Notes: generated by a model not told the origin, from the sequence alone. Positions 31,427 through 41,098 are shown, counted from the first letter of the stretch. The stretch is DNA of 64,000 nucleotides from an uncultured Bacilli bacterium (GCA_905235045.1 CAJOJO010000009.1:4241-68240), one strand, 5' to 3'. Translations and numbers: made by a program.

Positions 31427-31897
31427 TTATATAGTTTTCACATCTTCTTTAAAATTAAGTGTCAACTTTTGTCTAGCGCTAATTATAGATGCATAGACCG
31501 AGTGAACTGAACATCGTTCTATTTCAGCGATTTCTCGCAATGACATTTCATAAAAATAATACATTATTAATCTTTTCTTTTGAGTAACCGACAAACACTC
31601 AATAAATTTATATAATTGCTCACACATTATTTTATTAAAAACTATTTCTTCAACTGATCTAGGTTTATATCGTAAACGACGATATAATGTTTCCTCGATC
31701 ATTTCAGATTGTTCTATATGTCTTTCATATTTATGTCTTTGTGAAATTTCTTCTAATTTAAAATTATTAAACTCATTATAAATTACTTTATCAACTTTAA
31801 CGTAATTTTCTACATTTTTTGAATCCTTAAATATAACGTAATAATCCCCATTAATTATTATTAATTTATATGGATTATTAAATAACCTATGTATCAC
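31427..31897 (-). CDS. Sigma-70 region-4 / ECF-like factor of the type found on Firmicutes mobile elements
   Basis: NPY...ERHIE-x-S...LSVTQKKRL-x-MYYF-x-EMSLREIAEIE-x-CS; GTG at 31897 after GGAGG. Confidence 0.8.
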   Translation of the reverse strand: MIHRLFNNPYKLIIINGDYYVIFKDSKNVENYVKVDKVIYNEFNNFKLEEISQRHKYERHIEQSEMIEETLYRRLRYKPRSVEEIVFNKIMCEQLYKFIECLSVTQKKRLIMYYFYEMSLREIAEIERCSVHSVYASIISARQKLTLNFKEDVKTI

Positions 31898-32163
31898 ATC
31901 CAACCTCCAATCATTATACAAAAAATGAATAATGGAGGTGATCTATTTTTAATAAAAAAAGTAGTTATTTTTAAATAACTACTTACTACTATATAATTTT
32001 TAAATTTAAATATTTGTACAACCTGTAAAATCATAAGCATGCCACCAAACTCTATGTGTTAAGATGGTACTGCTTAATATCTTAACTAAAAACTATAATA
32101 ATTATATAATAATTTTTATTAAAATTAAATATTTATTTGCAATAAATTAATTTTAATAAAAAA

Positions 32164-32200
32164 AACTCACTATTAAGTGAGTTTATTTTTAAATGGGGCG
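32164..32200. repeat. tRNA-proximal att-like copy plus terminator
   Basis: AACTCACTATTAAGTGAGTTTATTTTTAAATGGGGCG. Confidence 0.88.
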
Positions 32201-32270
32201 CGGTAAGGGATTCGAACCCTTGCATAATGGAACCACAATCCACCGTGTTAACCCCTTCACCAACCACGCC
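32194..32270 (-). tRNA. tRNA-His (GTG)
   Basis: Reverse complement GGCGTGGTTGGTGAAGGGGTTAACACGGTGGATTGTGGTTCCATTATGCAAGGGTTCGAATCCCTTACCGCGCCCCA. Confidence 0.95.
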
Positions 32271-32364
32271 ATGTGATACAATACATATTTTATCAATAAT
32301 TATTAAAATAATCAAGTCTTTTTAAAAAATTATTATAACTGCCTACACTTATATATAACATACC

Positions 32365-32372
32365 CATAGAAT
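32365..32372 (+). promoter_or_regulatory. Sigma-E-like -10 element upstream of cotJ
   Basis: CATAGAAT, close to the sigma-E consensus CATAcaaT; cotJ is sigma-E-controlled in B. subtilis. Confidence 0.4.
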
Positions 32373-32390
32373 ATTTTGGGAGGAATAATT

Positions 32391-32819
32391 ATGTATAATA
32401 ACCTAGATTATTATAATTATATGAACAATAATTATAATCAACCATTATATACGGAAAATAATAATCCTAAAGAATTATATGATCCACTAGAAGGATTTAT
32501 AAGAGGTAACTTATTTCCAGAATTATATAATGGTTATAAAGTTAAACCAATTAGCTTAAAACCAGTAAATGAACAAGCTAAAATGTTAACTACTTTAGAT
32601 GCTTTGTGTTTTGCCTTAACTGATCTTAATTTATATCTTGATATTTATCCAGATGACAGAGATATGTTAGAACTATTTAATCAATATAGAATTCAAATAA
32701 ATAATATTAAAACTATCTATGAAGATAAATTTGGACCATTAACAATTAATAGTGATGCGAATGATACATATCCATTTATTTGGATAAATAATCCTTGGCC
32801 ATGGATGGGAGGTAATTAA
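32391..32819 (+). CDS. cotJB: Spore coat protein CotJB with CotJA-like N-terminal extension
   Basis: EGFIRGNLFPELY (CotJA-like), then F-x-x-x-DLNLYLD-x-x-P-x-D...FGPL...W-x-x-x-PWPW. Confidence 0.85.
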   Translation: MYNNLDYYNYMNNNYNQPLYTENNNPKELYDPLEGFIRGNLFPELYNGYKVKPISLKPVNEQAKMLTTLDALCFALTDLNLYLDIYPDDRDMLELFNQYRIQINNIKTIYEDKFGPLTINSDANDTYPFIWINNPWPWMGGN

Positions 32820-32820
32820 G

Positions 32821-33390
32821 ATGTGGAAATACGAAAAAAAATTAGAATATCCAGTTAATATAAATAAAAAAGATTTAGTAATGGCTAAATGTTTACTTGC
32901 TCAATATGGTGGGCCAGATTCTGAATTAGGAGCTTGTTTAAGATATTTTACCCAAAGATTTACTATGCCTGATGCGAAAGGTAGAGCTTTACTTACCGAT
33001 ATTGCTACCGAAGAAATGGCCCACTTAGAAATAATTGGTGCTATGATATCAGGTTTAATGAAAGATGCAACTATTGATGAACTAAAAAAAGCTGGCTTGG
33101 CTGGCACATTTACAATGCATGATGGAGCTTTGTTCCCTGCAAGTCCCGAAGGAGTACCATTTACTGCTGCTTATATAGAAGCAAGTGGTGACTTTATTGC
33201 CGACTTAGAAAGTGATATGGCAGCTGAACAAAGAGCACGTGCTACCTACGAACACTTAATGGATTTAACTGATGATGTTGATGTTTTAGGACCTCTTTCT
33301 TTCTTAAGGCAAAGAGAAGTAGTTCATTATCAAAGATTTAAAGAATTAAGAAATTATTACTTAGATAATAAAATAGAAAAAAACTCTTAA
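32821..33390 (+). CDS. cotJC: Manganese catalase-like spore coat protein
   Basis: MWKYEKKLEYPV, QYGGPDSE, DIATEE-x-x-H, FLRQREVVH. Confidence 0.93.
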   Translation: MWKYEKKLEYPVNINKKDLVMAKCLLAQYGGPDSELGACLRYFTQRFTMPDAKGRALLTDIATEEMAHLEIIGAMISGLMKDATIDELKKAGLAGTFTMHDGALFPASPEGVPFTAAYIEASGDFIADLESDMAAEQRARATYEHLMDLTDDVDVLGPLSFLRQREVVHYQRFKELRNYYLDNKIEKNS

Positions 33391-35204
33391 GAGTTTTTTA
33401 TTTTGCTATCAGCTTTTTTACGTTCGGCAGTATTTAATATTTTTTTACGCATACGAATACTTAAAGGTGTTACTTCAACATATTCATCACTATTAATATA
33501 ATCTAGACAATATTCTAAAGATAAAGGACGTGGTCTTTTTAAAACAACAGTATGATCTTTACCTGCACTTCTGGTATTAGTTAAATTTTTACCTCTTACT
33601 GGATTTACAGCTAAATCATTTTCATGTGTATGTTCACCAACAATCATACCTTCATATACATTAACACCTGGTTCAATAAACATGATACCACGGTCCTCTA
33701 ATCCACCTAAAGCATAAGCTGTAGATTGTCCATTTTCCATCGAAACTAAAACACCTAATTTTCTTTCACCAACATTAGTACTAGCTAATTTACGATATTC
33801 TTTAAAAGAATGATTTATAATACCATAACCTTTAGTCATAGTCATAAATTCAGTTGAAAATCCAATTAAACCACGTGATGGAATTGTATAAGTTAATCTA
33901 ACTTGATTTTCATGATTTACCATGTTTTCCATATTTCCTTCTCTTATACCTAAAGCTTCGATAACATTACCAACATATTCTTCAGGTACATCAATTTGAA
34001 CATCTTCATATGGTTCCATTTTAATACCATCTTTTTCTTTTATAATAACAACTGGCTTTGATACTTGAAGTTCAAATCCTTCACGACGCATATTTTCAAT
34101 TAAAATTGATAAGTGTAATTCTCCTCTACCAGATACAATAAATGATTCATTATCATTTGGTTCAACTTTTAATGAAACATCTCGTTCAGTTTCTTTTAAT
34201 AATCTTTCTTCTATTTTACGAGCTGTAACTATTTTACCTTCCTTACCAACAAATGGTGATGTATTAACGCCAAAAGTCATTTGTAATGTTGGTTCATCAA
34301 TACGTAAAAGTGGTAAAGCTTCTTCCTTTCCTACTTCACATACTGTTTCACCTACTGATATATCTGGTAAACCTGATATAGCAATAACGTCACCCGCACT
34401 TGCTTCATTTATTTCAATTCTTTTTAATCCTTTATAGCCAAATATTTTGGCAATTCTAAATTGTTTAATTGAACCATCTAATCTAACACAAGAAACCATT
34501 TCACCAGTTTTAATTGTTCCTCTTTTAACAACACCAATACCAATTCTTCCAACAAAATCATTATAATCTAATAAAGCTGGTTGAAATTGTAAACTGCCAA
34601 CTTCCGTTTTAGGCGAAGGAATATGTTTAATAATTGTATCTAAAATTGGTTCCATTGTTTCTTTTTGGGTTGTTATATCAGAATCATAAGAAGAAGTTCC
34701 ATTAATTGCTGATGCATAAACAACTGGGAAGTCTAATTGATCTAAATCAGCTCCTAATTCAATAAATAAATCCATTACTTCATCGATTACTTCTTTTGGA
34801 CGAGCTGTATCTTTATCTATTTTATTAACAACAATTATTGGTGTTACCCCTGCCTCTAAAGCTTTTTTAAGAACAAATCTAGTTTGTGGCATTGTTCCTT
34901 CGTAAGCATCAACAACAAGTAATACACCATCAACCATATTCATGATTCTCTCTACTTCACCACCAAAATCAGCATGACCTGGAGTATCTAAAATATTAAT
35001 AGTATATCCCTTATAATCAATTGCTGTTGGTTTAGCTAAGATGGTAATTCCTCTTTCTCTTTCAATATCATTTGAATCCATCGCACGTACTTCAACATTT
35101 TCATTTTCTCTAAATGTTCCGGAAGATTTTAATAATCCGTCTACTAAAGTTGTTTTACCATGGTCAACGTGTGCGATAATAGCGATATTTTTAATATTTT
35201 TCAT
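33387..35204 (-). CDS. typA: Translational GTPase TypA/BipA
   Basis: NIAIIAHVDHGKTTL, DTPGHADFGGEVER, VSGRGELHLSILIE. Confidence 0.97.
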   Translation of the reverse strand: MKNIKNIAIIAHVDHGKTTLVDGLLKSSGTFRENENVEVRAMDSNDIERERGITILAKPTAIDYKGYTINILDTPGHADFGGEVERIMNMVDGVLLVVDAYEGTMPQTRFVLKKALEAGVTPIIVVNKIDKDTARPKEVIDEVMDLFIELGADLDQLDFPVVYASAINGTSSYDSDITTQKETMEPILDTIIKHIPSPKTEVGSLQFQPALLDYNDFVGRIGIGVVKRGTIKTGEMVSCVRLDGSIKQFRIAKIFGYKGLKRIEINEASAGDVIAISGLPDISVGETVCEVGKEEALPLLRIDEPTLQMTFGVNTSPFVGKEGKIVTARKIEERLLKETERDVSLKVEPNDNESFIVSGRGELHLSILIENMRREGFELQVSKPVVIIKEKDGIKMEPYEDVQIDVPEEYVGNVIEALGIREGNMENMVNHENQVRLTYTIPSRGLIGFSTEFMTMTKGYGIINHSFKEYRKLASTNVGERKLGVLVSMENGQSTAYALGGLEDRGIMFIEPGVNVYEGMIVGEHTHENDLAVNPVRGKNLTNTRSAGKDHTVVLKRPRPLSLEYCLDYINSDEYVEVTPLSIRMRKKILNTAERKKADSKIKNS

Positions 35205-35284
35205 AAAAAAAACACTTCCTTTTTTGCCTTAGATAGTATAGCACAATTTCTCTTATATTGTAAAGAAAAAGAACATAAAGTTCT

Positions 35285-35947
35285 TTATTTTTTATATTCA
35301 TAGTTTAGACGATTATTATTACTAACTATGCTTTCTTGCAATTCATTTTCTAGATCCTTTCTTGTATTACTAGCTATTTTGCTACCTTTATGAGCAACTT
35401 CGATGTTTTCGCTTAAACCATTAGGTTTTTGTTTTTGAGAAATTCTTTTAGTTGCTTCTTCTGATAAATCATTTAATTCTTTTCTATTTTGAATAACTTT
35501 TATTCTTTTAGCAATCCATGCTTCACTATAACCCTTAGCTCTATATAAATCAATAGATCTTTGAACAGATATTGATGGATCAAATATTTTATCTATTCTC
35601 TCACTACCTAATTTTGCTAACCATTGTTTAATTGGTTCTGCATTCTTACTAGGAATAGATTCGATAATTCTAAACATTCCTTCAATATCTACAACATCAG
35701 TTAAACGATATTTTCCATCTTTAGCTTTAAGTTTCAAAGCGTTACAATTTGTAACGGTTTCATTTCCTTCATCTTTAAGTCTCTTTTTAAGCACTCTTCA
35801 ATATGTTTGTGGATTATTACTTTCTGAAATAACACTAACTATATCGACAACACTTATAAAGTATTTTTCTTGTTCCCTATCCCAAATAGTCCTAATTGTT
35901 TCATTATTAAATATTTTATTTACGATATACATTTTATCTTGATTCAT
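35285..35947 (-). pseudogene. Bro-N / antirepressor-like gene with nonsense codon and apparent internal deletion
   Basis: ATG at 35947 reads IRTIWD...FISVVDIV...PQTY*RVLKKRL with TGA at 35798-35800; continues LKAKDGKYRLTDV...IPSKNAEPIKQWLA. Confidence 0.8.
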
Positions 35948-36051
35948 ACAAGCACCTCCTATAATATGTTACAATATCAAATGTCAAATTCCATGCTTTT
36001 TTATAAAATTTTATATAAAAAATTAAGTCTTTTATTTCTAATTCATCATAT

Positions 36052-37107
36052 TTAATGCATAATTTTTTCAATTTCGTTTATTAATTCTTCTTTGTTAGGA
36101 ATATAATAAGTATATGTAGACGCAAATATATTATTTGATAATCCACCTAATGCATATTCCATAGTAACACCTTTTTTTCCAGTGCAGAGAATAATACCAA
36201 TAGTTTCATTATCAAATTCATCCTTTACTTCTTTATTATAATAATTAATGTACATATTCATTTGACCAGCATATTCTGGTTTCATATCATCCATTTTTAA
36301 GTCTATTAAAACATATGATCTTAATATTTTATTGTAAAAAACAAGGTCTACATAATAATGTATATTATTATCTAATGTAATTCTAACTTGATTACCAACA
36401 TACATAAAGCCTTTACCAAGTTCCATTAAAAAAGCAGATAAATGATTTACTAATTTTTGTTCTAAATCACTTTCAAGTAATGGTTTGTTTTCTTTTATTC
36501 CTAAAAATTCAAACACATAAGGATCTTTTAGTATATCCATTGGTTTAGCTATAGTTTGGCCCTTTTTAGATAGTTCAAGAACTTTTTGCTTATTTAATTT
36601 CCTATCTGATAATAATAATCTTTGAAATAGTAATGAATCTATTTGTCTTTTTAATTCTCTAACAGACCATTTAGAATTTATGCACTCATTTTCATAAAAT
36701 TTTCTTTCATCATCATCTTCAATATATATTAAATAGCAATAATGACTCCAACTTAAATTGCTAGACAGTGTCTGGCAATTCTTATATTTATTATAAAATA
36801 ATCGCATATTTTGCAAATTACTTCGACTATATCCAGTACCAAAATTATTAGTTAATTTTTTAGATAATTTATTCAAAATTTCTTTACCATATTCAGCACG
36901 AATATTTCCGTTTTGCTCATTTTCCACGATAACTTTACCAATCATAAAATTATTTTTGACTAATATATTATTTATTTGATAAATAGCTTTAGTTTTATTT
37001 GTGGTAATAATGTTAGCTATTTCATTATACATACCACTTATTACTTGTTCATTATCTTTTATTGCATTCATTTGCATTAATTTTTCTCCTTTCTTAATTT
37101 TGTTCAT
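36052..37107 (-). CDS. DUF1016 / YhcG PD-(D/E)XK nuclease-like protein
   Basis: RAEYG, LSWSHY, WSVRELKRQI, KDPYVFEFL, DLVFYN...LIDLK, GQMNMY; a second RBS/start lies about 10 codons in. Confidence 0.92.
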   Translation of the reverse strand: MNKIKKGEKLMQMNAIKDNEQVISGMYNEIANIITTNKTKAIYQINNILVKNNFMIGKVIVENEQNGNIRAEYGKEILNKLSKKLTNNFGTGYSRSNLQNMRLFYNKYKNCQTLSSNLSWSHYCYLIYIEDDDERKFYENECINSKWSVRELKRQIDSLLFQRLLLSDRKLNKQKVLELSKKGQTIAKPMDILKDPYVFEFLGIKENKPLLESDLEQKLVNHLSAFLMELGKGFMYVGNQVRITLDNNIHYYVDLVFYNKILRSYVLIDLKMDDMKPEYAGQMNMYINYYNKEVKDEFDNETIGIILCTGKKGVTMEYALGGLSNNIFASTYTYYIPNKEELINEIEKIMH

Positions 37108-37129
37108 ACAAGCACCTCCTATAATAATT

Positions 37130-37156
37130 ATTCGATGAAAATTTTAAAAATCCTGC
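37130..37156 (-). promoter_or_regulatory. Sigma-H-like promoter
   Basis: GCAGGA-17 nt-GAAT. Confidence 0.6.
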
Positions 37157-37192
37157 AAAAAAAGATAAAAAAAAGAACTTTTTAAAAGTTCC

Positions 37193-38251
37193 TTATTTTT
37201 TAAATAGTTTTTTTAATGCTTTTCGATCAAATATAACATTAGTTGTTAAAACAAATGTTAAAACAATTACAAGTAGTATTCCATATACAATATATCCTAA
37301 TTTATTATCTCCTAATACGTAGATTATAGAAGCCGCAGAAAATAATAAATCAACTCCTAAAATTATTAATACTGTTGCACTTTGTGAGAAGTTACGATTT
37401 AAAAATTGATGATGTATATGAAATCTATCAGCTTGCGATATTTTTTCATGTTTTAATGTTCTCCTTAATATAGCAAATAAAGTATCTAATATTGGGATTG
37501 CTAGAACAAGTAATGGGATAATTAAAGAGGTCATTGTTACATTTTTAAATCCTAGTAAAGCAATAATAGAAATTATGAATCCCATAAACATAGATCCAGA
37601 GTCACCGGCAAATATAGTAGCCGGATGGAAGTTATATACTAAGAATCCTAAAGTAGAACCTAGCATTATAAATGCCATAATAAAATCTAGTCCAGTTTTT
37701 CCTTGCATAGTAGCAATTATTCCAATAGTTAAAAAATATATTGAGCTAATACCACCTGATAATCCATCAATACCATCTATTAAATTTATACAGTTTATAC
37801 AACCTAATATAAAGAATACTGTTAAAGGATATGATAACCAACTAAAGTTAATATATATTCCAAAAGCACTTACATCTTCAATTAAAATATTACCATAACA
37901 AACTATTACTAAAGCGGCTGCTAATTGACCTAAGAATTTATGTTTTGCTCCTAATTCAACCATATCATCGATAACGCCAATTAGAACAATTAGAAAACTT
38001 CCAATCAATACAGCATTCATCATACTACTATGAGTACCAAATATCATATATCCAAGTAAGAATCCTAAAAAAATAGCTAAACCTCCTAATTTAGGAGTTG
38101 GTTTTGTATGAATATGCCTAGACCTAGGCATATCTACTGCCCCTATTTTATTAGCTAGTCTTTTAATATATGGCATTACTAATACCACAAAGACAAATGG
38201 TACCATAACCATTAATACTATTCTTGATAATAAGTCTTGATCAAATGTCAT
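37193..38251 (-). CDS. tagO: Undecaprenyl-phosphate GlcNAc-1-phosphate transferase (TagO/WecA)
   Basis: P-x-LGGLAI, GVIDD, NLIDGIDGL, IFAGDSGS, HIHH. Confidence 0.9.
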   Translation of the reverse strand: MTFDQDLLSRIVLMVMVPFVFVVLVMPYIKRLANKIGAVDMPRSRHIHTKPTPKLGGLAIFLGFLLGYMIFGTHSSMMNAVLIGSFLIVLIGVIDDMVELGAKHKFLGQLAAALVIVCYGNILIEDVSAFGIYINFSWLSYPLTVFFILGCINCINLIDGIDGLSGGISSIYFLTIGIIATMQGKTGLDFIMAFIMLGSTLGFLVYNFHPATIFAGDSGSMFMGFIISIIALLGFKNVTMTSLIIPLLVLAIPILDTLFAILRRTLKHEKISQADRFHIHHQFLNRNFSQSATVLIILGVDLLFSAASIIYVLGDNKLGYIVYGILLVIVLTFVLTTNVIFDRKALKKLFKK

Positions 38252-38319
38252 CTCAATCACCATTATTATTATACCATTTTTTTATAAAAGAAAAAAGTTT
38301 CTATAAAGAAACTTTTTAT

Positions 38320-40050
38320 TTATCTAATTAATGATTTAGATACTGTTATAACTGGACGAATACCAAAGGTGTTTGGTTCATATACGTCACTATTAATCAA
38401 GGTACCATCTTTATACACCGTCCAAGCACGATATGAATAGTTAGTAACAGGTGAACTTGTCCAGTATCCAGATGTGCTTGAATCATTTATATCACATCCA
38501 TAACCTGTGCATCCTTTTGTATAATCAAATAACCATGCATATGGGCTTGCTCCTTGTACTGATGATACTCGTGTGTGTTTATTTGTTCCTGTCCCATCAA
38601 AATAGAACCATGTACTACTATCTCCAGCAAATGTTGATGTGTTTGTGATTGTTGCAATTTCGTTTGCTGTTATTAGTCTTGGATTTAATCCACTATCCCA
38701 TCCTGTTGCATCTGTATCTACTTGTGTTTTTATTGATGTTTGGGAATATTCTTTATATGTTCTTGATGTTTCATATTCTACTGTTGCTGTTGTATTATGG
38801 TCTAATATCATTGTATAGTTATCTCCACTATCATTAAAGATATACCATTTCATACATCCTGTTTTTGTGCCTGGAGTACTTATTGAATTACCAATATTAC
38901 ATGTTTTATTTAAATCTGTTGGATCTAAATATACTATTCCTTTATGTGTTTCACCAGTTTGAGCAGCTACTTTAGTTGGTCCTGGTACTCCTAAGTAAGT
39001 TATTTTAGCATAACCATTACCAGCTTTTGCACACTTACTTACTGGATTACTACTATAACCACTAGAACAATTAGTAGTATCTCTTTCTGAACTTGAACCA
39101 GTAGTAGATATTGTATAAGTTTCTGGATCATTTGATTCACTACATCCATAACAATACATTGATTTATTACTTAAATTAGAAGAAGCGATGTATCCTGATC
39201 CACCGCCGGCTCCCCATTCTGGTCTATTAGAGCCACCGCCGCCGTAGTAGCCGCCACCGCCGCCAGATCCACCACAGCAAGTATGATAATAGTTACCACC
39301 TTGACCAAATGAACCATGACCATACGATGAAGCTGAAATACAATATCCATATATGGATTGTGTACCACCAGATCCTGCATAAGAAGTAGTTGAATCATCT
39401 AACCTTGTTCCTGTTGCTCCGGCAATTCCACCTCCAAAACCTCCGGCGCCAAAATAACCACAAGTGCCATTTGGTCTACGATATGTTCCACTTCCACCGC
39501 CGCCGCCAGCTACAATTAATATTCTTCCATCAGTAGCATGTGATGATAAACTTGATAAAACTCCTGAGTCCATTGCGATATGAGTAGCTCCGCCACCACC
39601 TGATGATCTTTCTAATTCAGAACCATTATCAGTACTATATCCATTACCACCACCATTATAGCCGCCAGTTAATGAATCTGGTTTTTGACCAACTACTACA
39701 TATATTTTTTCGTCTACATCTAAATTAACTGTGCCTACAGAATATCCACCATATCCAGCATCATCAATATAACAGGTATCACTATAATATCCACGGCCTC
39801 CTTGAGCGCCCCATACTTCTAGCTTATATTCTCCATCACAAGGAGCAACAAATTCTTGCACATCTCCTGTATAATCAAAAGTATAAACAATTCCTGATTG
39901 ACATTTATCACCATTTATTACTTCACTTTTTAATTGATCTAATAAATTTTTCTTATTTTTAAAATTCATTAATAACATATATATAAGAGCTAAAAAGATT
40001 AATAAAATCGTATATAGAATGCCTGATACGGCAAAACCTTTTTTATTCAT
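38320..40050 (-). CDS. Pilin-like N-terminus, glycine-rich domain and C-terminal lectin-like (DUF6273-like) domain
   Basis: MNKKGFAVS plus TM; YKLEVWGAQGG...GGGATHIA...GGGSGY; YWTSSP...AW-x-V...GIRPVI. Confidence 0.75.
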   Translation of the reverse strand: MNKKGFAVSGILYTILLIFLALIYMLLMNFKNKKNLLDQLKSEVINGDKCQSGIVYTFDYTGDVQEFVAPCDGEYKLEVWGAQGGRGYYSDTCYIDDAGYGGYSVGTVNLDVDEKIYVVVGQKPDSLTGGYNGGGNGYSTDNGSELERSSGGGGATHIAMDSGVLSSLSSHATDGRILIVAGGGGGSGTYRRPNGTCGYFGAGGFGGGIAGATGTRLDDSTTSYAGSGGTQSIYGYCISASSYGHGSFGQGGNYYHTCCGGSGGGGGYYGGGGSNRPEWGAGGGSGYIASSNLSNKSMYCYGCSESNDPETYTISTTGSSSERDTTNCSSGYSSNPVSKCAKAGNGYAKITYLGVPGPTKVAAQTGETHKGIVYLDPTDLNKTCNIGNSISTPGTKTGCMKWYIFNDSGDNYTMILDHNTTATVEYETSRTYKEYSQTSIKTQVDTDATGWDSGLNPRLITANEIATITNTSTFAGDSSTWFYFDGTGTNKHTRVSSVQGASPYAWLFDYTKGCTGYGCDINDSSTSGYWTSSPVTNYSYRAWTVYKDGTLINSDVYEPNTFGIRPVITVSKSLIR

Positions 40051-40106
40051 ACTATCACCCTATTATTCTATACAATATTTTACTATAAAAAAATAGATTT
40101 TACAAT

Positions 40107-41096
40107 CTATTTATCAATGAGATTTATATTCTCTAATAATATTCCTGTTCCTTCTACTACACATGTTAAAGGACTATCAGCTATTCTAATAGGAACTTTA
40201 AGTTCACTATTTAAAAGCTTGTCCAATCCTTTTATTAAAGAACCACCACCAGTTAAAACAATTCCATTGTCAACAATATCAGCGGATAATTCAGGAGGAG
40301 TTTGTTCTAAAACATTTTTAACCGTATGAACGATCATCATTGCTGATCCTTTTAAAGCTTCACATATTTCCTCACTAGTAATATTTATTGTTTTTGGCAA
40401 ACCAGTAACTAAATCTCTTCCTCTAACTGGCATTGCTTCATTACTTTTAGGTTTAAACACACAACCAATTCTTAATTTTATTTCCTCTGCTGTTCTATCG
40501 CCAATTAATAATTTGTATTTATCTTTTATATATTTCATTATATCAGAATCAAAAGTATTACCAGCTATTTTAATTGAAGAACTTGTTACAATACCACCTA
40601 GTGATAAAATAGCAATATCAGTTGTACCACCACCAATATCAATTACCATATTAGCTCTAGGTAACGATATATCCATACCAGCTCCTACAGCTGCTACTTT
40701 AGGTTCTTCCTCAACAAAGACTCTTTTAGCTCCAGTTCTTTCAGCAGCTTCCTTTATCGCATTTTTTTCTACTCCAGTTATATTAGAAGGACAACATATT
40801 AAAATACGAGGCTTAGCTAAAAAACCTTTAGCTTTTATTTTTTTTATGAAATTATCTAACATAATTTCTGTTATATCAAAATCAGCAATAACGCCATCCT
40901 TTAATGGTCTAATAGCTTGTACTTTACCAGGTGTTCTACCCAACATATTTCTTGCTTCTTCACCAACAGCTAGTACTCTTTTAGTATCTGAATCTATTGC
41001 CACTACCGACGGTTCATTTAAAACAATACCTTGTCCTTTTACATAAATTAAAACATTAGCTGTTCCTAAATCAATACCTATATCATGTGTAAACAT
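40107..41096 (-). CDS. mbl: MreB-like protein
   Basis: DIGIDLGTANVL, DIGGGTTD, LTGGG; follows spoIIID as in Bacillus. Confidence 0.88.
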   Translation of the reverse strand: MFTHDIGIDLGTANVLIYVKGQGIVLNEPSVVAIDSDTKRVLAVGEEARNMLGRTPGKVQAIRPLKDGVIADFDITEIMLDNFIKKIKAKGFLAKPRILICCPSNITGVEKNAIKEAAERTGAKRVFVEEEPKVAAVGAGMDISLPRANMVIDIGGGTTDIAILSLGGIVTSSSIKIAGNTFDSDIMKYIKDKYKLLIGDRTAEEIKLRIGCVFKPKSNEAMPVRGRDLVTGLPKTINITSEEICEALKGSAMMIVHTVKNVLEQTPPELSADIVDNGIVLTGGGSLIKGLDKLLNSELKVPIRIADSPLTCVVEGTGILLENINLIDK

Positions 41097-41098
41097 AT

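Larger units (their letters stand above)
17757..32200. mobile_element. tRNA-His-associated genomic island / prophage remnant with no recognisable integrase
   Basis: Bounded by 37-bp direct repeats containing the tRNA-His 3' end; carries Rhs, holin, endolysin, baseplate-like, Fic and sigma-like genes. Confidence 0.8.

Noticed and set aside
21521..31897. Intact prophage, tailocin or contractile injection system
   Set aside because: No recognisable capsid, terminase, tube, sheath, tape measure, VgrG or PAAR genes in the window
32133..32315. 60-aa ORF in the track
   Set aside because: Overlaps tRNA-His
35798..35800. In-frame TGA at an expected Trp, suggesting genetic code 4
   Set aside because: Core genes use TGG for Trp and end in TGA (rlmH, rplI), and the tRNA-Trp seen has a CCA anticodon; this gene also looks internally deleted, so a nonsense mutation fits better
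40117..41046. Plus-strand ORFs opposite mbl, and similar ORFs opposite addA, clpB, typA, tagO, murA, spoIIR and rplI
   Set aside because: Antisense shadows of conserved genes with no independent motif
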